A stretch of DNA of 62,471 nucleotides, counting the filler, from Choristocarpus tenellus KU-1152 (lineage: Eukaryota > Protista > Phaeophyceae), in assembly GCA_964200185.2 (NCBI GenBank). It is 10 parts of 10 records of this genome, joined end to end, with 100 filler letters (N's around TTAATTAATTAA, not from the genome) between each part and the next. Parts side by side here need not be neighbours in the genome. Positions count along the whole stretch, not along the records: positions 53,560 to 59,049 come from CAXNAD020010624.1; positions 59,150 to 62,471 come from CAXNAD020020805.1; 8 more parts are not named here. One strand, given 5' to 3'. Shown here piece after piece: positions 57,351 to 62,471 of this stretch. The first letter of the stretch is position 1. Every line of letters begins with the position of its first letter. The notes under the pieces are model-generated. The model did not search any database, was not told the origin of the DNA, and saw only the letters and a program-made list of their open reading frames with translations. Both the position numbers and the translations under genes were made by a program.

Positions 57351-59009
57351 AAAATGCTGCTTCCCGTGACTGTAAGGCATCACAACGGGATCATGATTCT
57401 GGTCTCATAGTATTACCAGGCCATCAGGGTACTCCATTGGCACATGAATAACCTCTTTGACCAATTCCTTGACAATGAGTGCCTTAGGTATGGTAGGCAC
57501 TAGTATACCTTTCAAATTACCTCAGTAGCCTCTTGTGATGACCCTGTCATGAAGCCTCTTATATCACTGTGATTCAAGTGAGCTGGGTTCAAGAGTTGGA
57601 AATAATCTACGAGCTCCCGCAGACTTCATGAACCCTAACCCTATGGAAAGATTCTCAATAATTCTCCCAGCTTGCAGCCTTCTCAATAACAGCTGTAATT
57701 GTCCTCTCCAATTTCCTGCCTGCCCCAGCATCCCTACTTCATCTCAATGCAGCACGATAAACTTTGGACACCAATCCAGTTATGTTTTCTCCAGGTAGAA
57801 CCCGTCACAACAACGCTTTGTAGAAGCCGTTGACTGCTAGTATCAGAACATCATCCACACACGTTAAACACCAAGCGAGATTAGATCACATTTCAACAGC
57901 ATGAATCAGGGTTAGGGTTACCGAGAGCACATCAGTTACATTTCACACAGTCATACCACAAAAAAAAACTCTGAAATTTTGGTCTGCATTTCAATTAGCG
58001 AGTCTGGGGTCAAAGGATCCAGCACTATGACCACAACACAAATTAGATAGCAGTATATGAGAGGGTCTTCCGGAACTTAAGATGAAAAACTGCACTAGGC
58101 ACAAAATTTGACAACTTTTATCTCTCACATAAATGAAAAAATAGTGAAAAAAAACTTAATTCTTAAGACAAGGAAGGCAGTAATAGAGCCACAGTTATCG
58201 ATGCTGCCATCTTCTGGTTATACATCCCCATTCACCTACATTATTGATGATTCAGCTCTTAAGGCTTACACACTGGTTACACACTGAATGGATTTACCAT
58301 CATAGAGAAATCAGATCATAATACATGAGCACGGAAGACTTATCTGACACATAAATTGAGAACCTAGCCGGCCAATATGGTTCACATGACAGCCTCACCG
58401 GCATCCTTCAGGACAATTTACTAGACAGGCACTTTGCTCAGGCAACCCCGCACCTTCAAGAAATGCACATCTTATTTTTCCAATCTTGGCAAAGCACAAT
58501 GACACCAATGAGTCAATGTTATTGTATCTGGTCCAAACTCAACCCCTGGTCATGCTCTTTTCCAGTGTGCATCCCTCGGTAAAAAGCATATATCAATACA
58601 GTACAAAAGTCACTACACTTGCAATCTAACACCCTAAACAATATCCAAGGTTTGCTACACACTCCACCACAGTCGGAAAAGTAAAAGATATACGTATGTA
58701 TGTAACCTTTACCTCTATTGTATGGTCAGGGCTAGTGGTAGGCTAAATGTTCAGATAAATATTTGTACTCCAGCACAGTAGAGAGCATACCACCCAACAT
58801 CACAGTATCCAAAACCATAACCATAACTCTAACTCTGGGTGGAAAAAATAACAGCACTGTACTCTAGCCTCAACACCAAGGATGTAGGGAGGTCTAGGGT
58901 TTCATCAACAACACAAAAAGTGTGACTACAACTGTCTGTAATGTTCAACCTTACACTCTTGGCTGTGCCTTCAAATAAAACAAAAGCTGTCATTAGTATT
59001 AATATCATC

Positions 59010-59049
59010 AGCTCAAAGTATCTGGGAGGCGGTGGCGGCTGTCCATTTG
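59010..59049. mobile_element. MITE family A end at contig end
   Basis: AGCTCAAAGTATCTGGGAGGCGGTGGCGGCTGTCCATTTG. Confidence 0.82.
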
Positions 59050-61629
59050 NNNNNNNNNNNNNNNNNNNNNNNNNNNNNNNNNNNNNNNNNNNNTTAATTA
59101 ATTAANNNNNNNNNNNNNNNNNNNNNNNNNNNNNNNNNNNNNNNNNNNNGTCTACAGAAGAAAAAATATTGTGCAGTAAGGTTGTAGGGGAGGTATTATG
59201 CCTTCCCTTTCCCTTATCGTTGACCGTGTGTTTTTCAGAACCTTCACACTCTGGAGGAAGGGGACCCTCATCCCTGTTTTGATGAGTCTCCTCTGCAGGG
59301 CCTGTCCCATAGAGGGTTGTTTGGTTAGGGGTACTTTCGGTGGAGGGGTTGTTCGACTAGAGTCTCCCAACTCTATCGGACAGTTACGGTAAAATATGTA
59401 TGGAGTAATGGAACAATCAATTAGTGGTTGAGTTATCAGAACCTTTTACTAGTAGTGACTAGGTTGTATGATAATATTGTTCTCATATAAAAGGAAATGT
59501 TTCTGATTTTATGGGGTGTTGTATGCCCTGCTTAACTTAATCAATTACTCTACAGACACCAAGCAATCTCGCTGGGTTTATCAACCTTTATCCTCTTTGA
59601 TGATTTGGGAGATACTTTAGCAGGGGTGTCGTCCTTCACAATCACTCGCAACACCCCCGGCAGGCTTTCGCCTCTCTTTACCAGGAGGAGATGGACAATA
59701 TGGATCAAACTCCTCCACATTGCCCGCTTCACCTTTGCCAGACATGCCATTGCTCTCGCTATCCGCACTTGGGTCGAAGATGGTGGGTTGTGAGAACCTT
59801 TGTGTCATTCAACCTCCCAAGCTTGGACCTGGGTAGGTTGCAGGGAATTCCTTCACAAGACTCGTCGTCATCACTCCGCTAAATTTGGAAACTTACTCGC
59901 TACGAACTACGGAATTGTCTCCGTCGTATTTTCTATCTGCCGTGACATCGTCCGGCCTATCGGCATCATTAGTGCTGCGTGATGCCTTGTCACCTTCCCC
60001 AAGACACTCTCTTCTATGGGCAGACATGTTGCCATACTCTCTACTCCTTCCTCATACTCGGACCAAAATCTCGAGAGTTTCCTGGTGAGGTCTTCCACAT
60101 GCTTGGGGTCGTGGTTTCCCCCCAGAAAGGTACAGGTGAGTACTGCCCGCCCCTGCTGGATCATGAGGTTTGATACGACATTGGCGTACGTGTTCTTCAT
60201 CTTGGCCACAGCATCCTCGGTATCATGCACCATGGTGAAGGTTCTGCCTGGAGCAATGAAGATGGAGGTCGCACACCTTGAGTCTGGAACAATGGGAGCA
60301 ATGGATGTCGGGAAAAGGGATCTTCACTGACGGTTCTATGTAGCGTCCTATGTTCTTGTGTGTGTTTGTTACGGCAGTGATGAGAACTACCCTATAAACA
60401 TATCGACTAATGATGAAGATATGTCATGGACATATATAACTCCATTAATTTGATCTTATTTTGTTTATGCGCTGCATATATTTACACGTGCTTCCGGGAG
60501 TCTGCAAAGCAGGTTACGATTGCAAGGACAACTGTGTTTTCTTTGCGTTGCATCAATGGACACACCTTTGTAATTACGTAGGCCGATCCTGTCCTTTAAC
60601 ATTTTTAATTGTACGTCTGCTTCTAGGGTGCACACACCTCGACCAGACACAGGCTGTTTTCGTACCTCTTCTGTCACTATTGGACCTTGTGTACAGAAAT
60701 TTGGAATTAGTGCATGTTCAAAAAATACTACCGACTATAACCAATTAGGAAGTGTAAACGATTTTTCTTCATTCCGAAGGAAACAAATCACTCATCCTTC
60801 CTCCATCACATGTCCCTTTATATGCATATCGTGATCAAACGACAGTTGTACTTGCTTGCCTTCATCCTTATCACCGTTGTTGAGGGGAACACCCTTTGAG
60901 AATTGGACGATCTTCAGGGAAGAGATCTCAACCTTCTCCACATTCCTTAACAGTAATTTCCTCTTCACCTTCCAAAATATAGGAGTCTGGTGGGTGGTTG
61001 TTTCAAGTCTATCGGAGTCGTTGTGATTCGAATGGACTTAGAGTCGCAATTTAAGTCTGAATAAGTTTCGACTCAAAGGAGGAAACTAGTTGTTTATAGT
61101 GTGGGTTGTGAATGGCAAGACACAAGAAAGACGAGAGGGCAAACCACGAACTCCCACAAGTACCTCAATCTGATAGGATGTGTAGTGTCTTCGGGTTCTC
61201 CTCAGTGGTGCTTGCGTTGGAAAGGACTTGCGCATCAGGGTTGATTCACTGTTTTCTTGGGCTTGGTCTGGCCAGTGCGGCGCTTTTCACACTTATTCCT
61301 AATTCCTCTCCATATCTTGGAGAACTGTAGAGGGGAAGTGCATGGGGAGTGACCTAAGACGAAAGTTGTACGTTGCGGGTGTTTATGTCGTCATGCACAT
61401 ACACTTCGGATAGTAGAGTGAGAAGCGATCTGATGGGTATTACAGGCTTTTGTGCATAGGACGGAACGGTTTCAATGAGATCGTGGGCTTACCCATTCTT
61501 CTTGGAAGGTCTCAGTCCCGACAACATACGACAGGGAGAGCGTGTCACTTGTCAATGTGCTAGCTGCCTCCTGTATGCAAACCACCATCAACCGAAAGTG
61601 CTATATACTTACTGAGTTAAGCCTACCCG

Positions 61630-62290
61630 TTACCATGACACATCGTGTACACTATTCTTGACAAACTTGTATACGGCATATATATTTCTCCCCCATGTAC
61701 GTTCACAGGGTGCAGACTGGGACGCGGACGAGGAGGATGTTTCTGCAAACTTCAAAGAGAGGTTGGGATGGAGGCAATGCCTGAACCGATACTCTGCCTG
61801 CCCCCATTCATGTAGTGGAAGCCTTTCTACATCACCAAGGCCACACAAATGTGTGTCAGGAAACACAACCGTTTCACAGTAATGTTCTAAGAGACAAAAT
61901 ACGAGCACGCAAACGCTGAAACACGTTCCATAGTACCACCAACTCAAGAGCCATATATATATATATATATATATATATCGATTTTATCCCTTGCCCATCA
62001 TGACAAAACACGCGGGACCTCCCTACCATATCTCTTGCGCATCATGCAGAGCATGCGTTTGCGTTCACCACATGAATAGCGACCTATTGGTCCAAGTCTT
62101 GATGGATAACTGGAACACAAAAGTACACTCGAGGGCGGTGGTTGGTGATGATGGGCAACGCACTTGCGCTTGTAGCTGCGACTTCTGTCACAAGGGCAAA
62201 GCATGCGGTTCTGAAGATGTGAAAACTGCACTTGAGAGCGCTTTCCATATGATGGACTTCCTCCTGTAAGTTTTGTGCTGGTGGTTCAAA
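61630..62290 (-). pseudogene. Possible hAT transposase C-terminal remnant, interrupted by (TA)n at 61953-61978
   Basis: HPNLSLKFAE...ASQSAPCERTWG resembles the hAT dimerisation motif P.L...A......SS...ER.(F/W)S. Upstream FRTACFALVTEVAATSASALPII resembles F..AT..L..E...T.S..LP. Confidence 0.45.
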
Positions 62291-62382
62291 GCTACCACAA
62301 CGTCCAACTAACCCTAACCACGACAATATATACCATACATACCACCATCCTCTCCCAGCCTAACCCAATGTAAACCAAATAA

Positions 62383-62471
62383 GGCTCAAAGTATCTGGGA
62401 GGGGGTGCCGGCTGTCCATTTGGGGTCCATTTTTTCCTGTCGCGATTTTTGGGTGATTTGGGTGCATACGT
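62383..62471. mobile_element. MITE family A, cut by window end
   Basis: GGCTCAAAGTATCTGGGAGGGGGTGCCGGCTGTCCATTTGGGG... Confidence 0.88.

Overview
This is eukaryotic, intron-rich, transposon-dense DNA. It is most likely from a brown alga or related photosynthetic stramenopile, inferred from bipartite signal+transit presequences, short exons, and DD39D mariner and CRE retroelements. The window is not one locus: it is ten contigs joined by identical artificial 100-bp linkers (44N-TTAATTAATTAA-44N), so adjacency across linkers is not informative. Genes reconstructed by hand with phase-consistent splice sites are a thylakoid-lumen-type TPR protein (7 exons, 1262-4906, -), a YlmH/Sll1252 photosystem-II S4-family protein (3 exons, 11959-12965, -, ending at a GC donor), a Cys-rich membrane protein (30897-32272, -) head-to-head with a 975-codon ARMH1-like ORF (32682-35609, +), a DUF1990-family protein (4 exons, 39753-42335, +) and a SET-domain protein (45590-47381, -). 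The rest is mobile DNA. It includes three MITE families with related G(A/G)(G/C)TCAAA termini and 3-bp TSDs, and a degenerate two-ORF PIF/Harbinger element with a matching terminus and a long hairpin inside its transposase. There is also a Stowaway-ended DD39D mariner, a 1.06-kb foldback element, CRE, Copia and hAT relics, and an intronic alternating TTAGGG/TTTAGGG array. No tRNA, rRNA or CRISPR array could be supported. All protein family calls come from motif recognition, not database searches. The best candidate 'system' is the Harbinger/MITE network with its potential hairpin silencer, set in strongly CpG-depleted repeat DNA.
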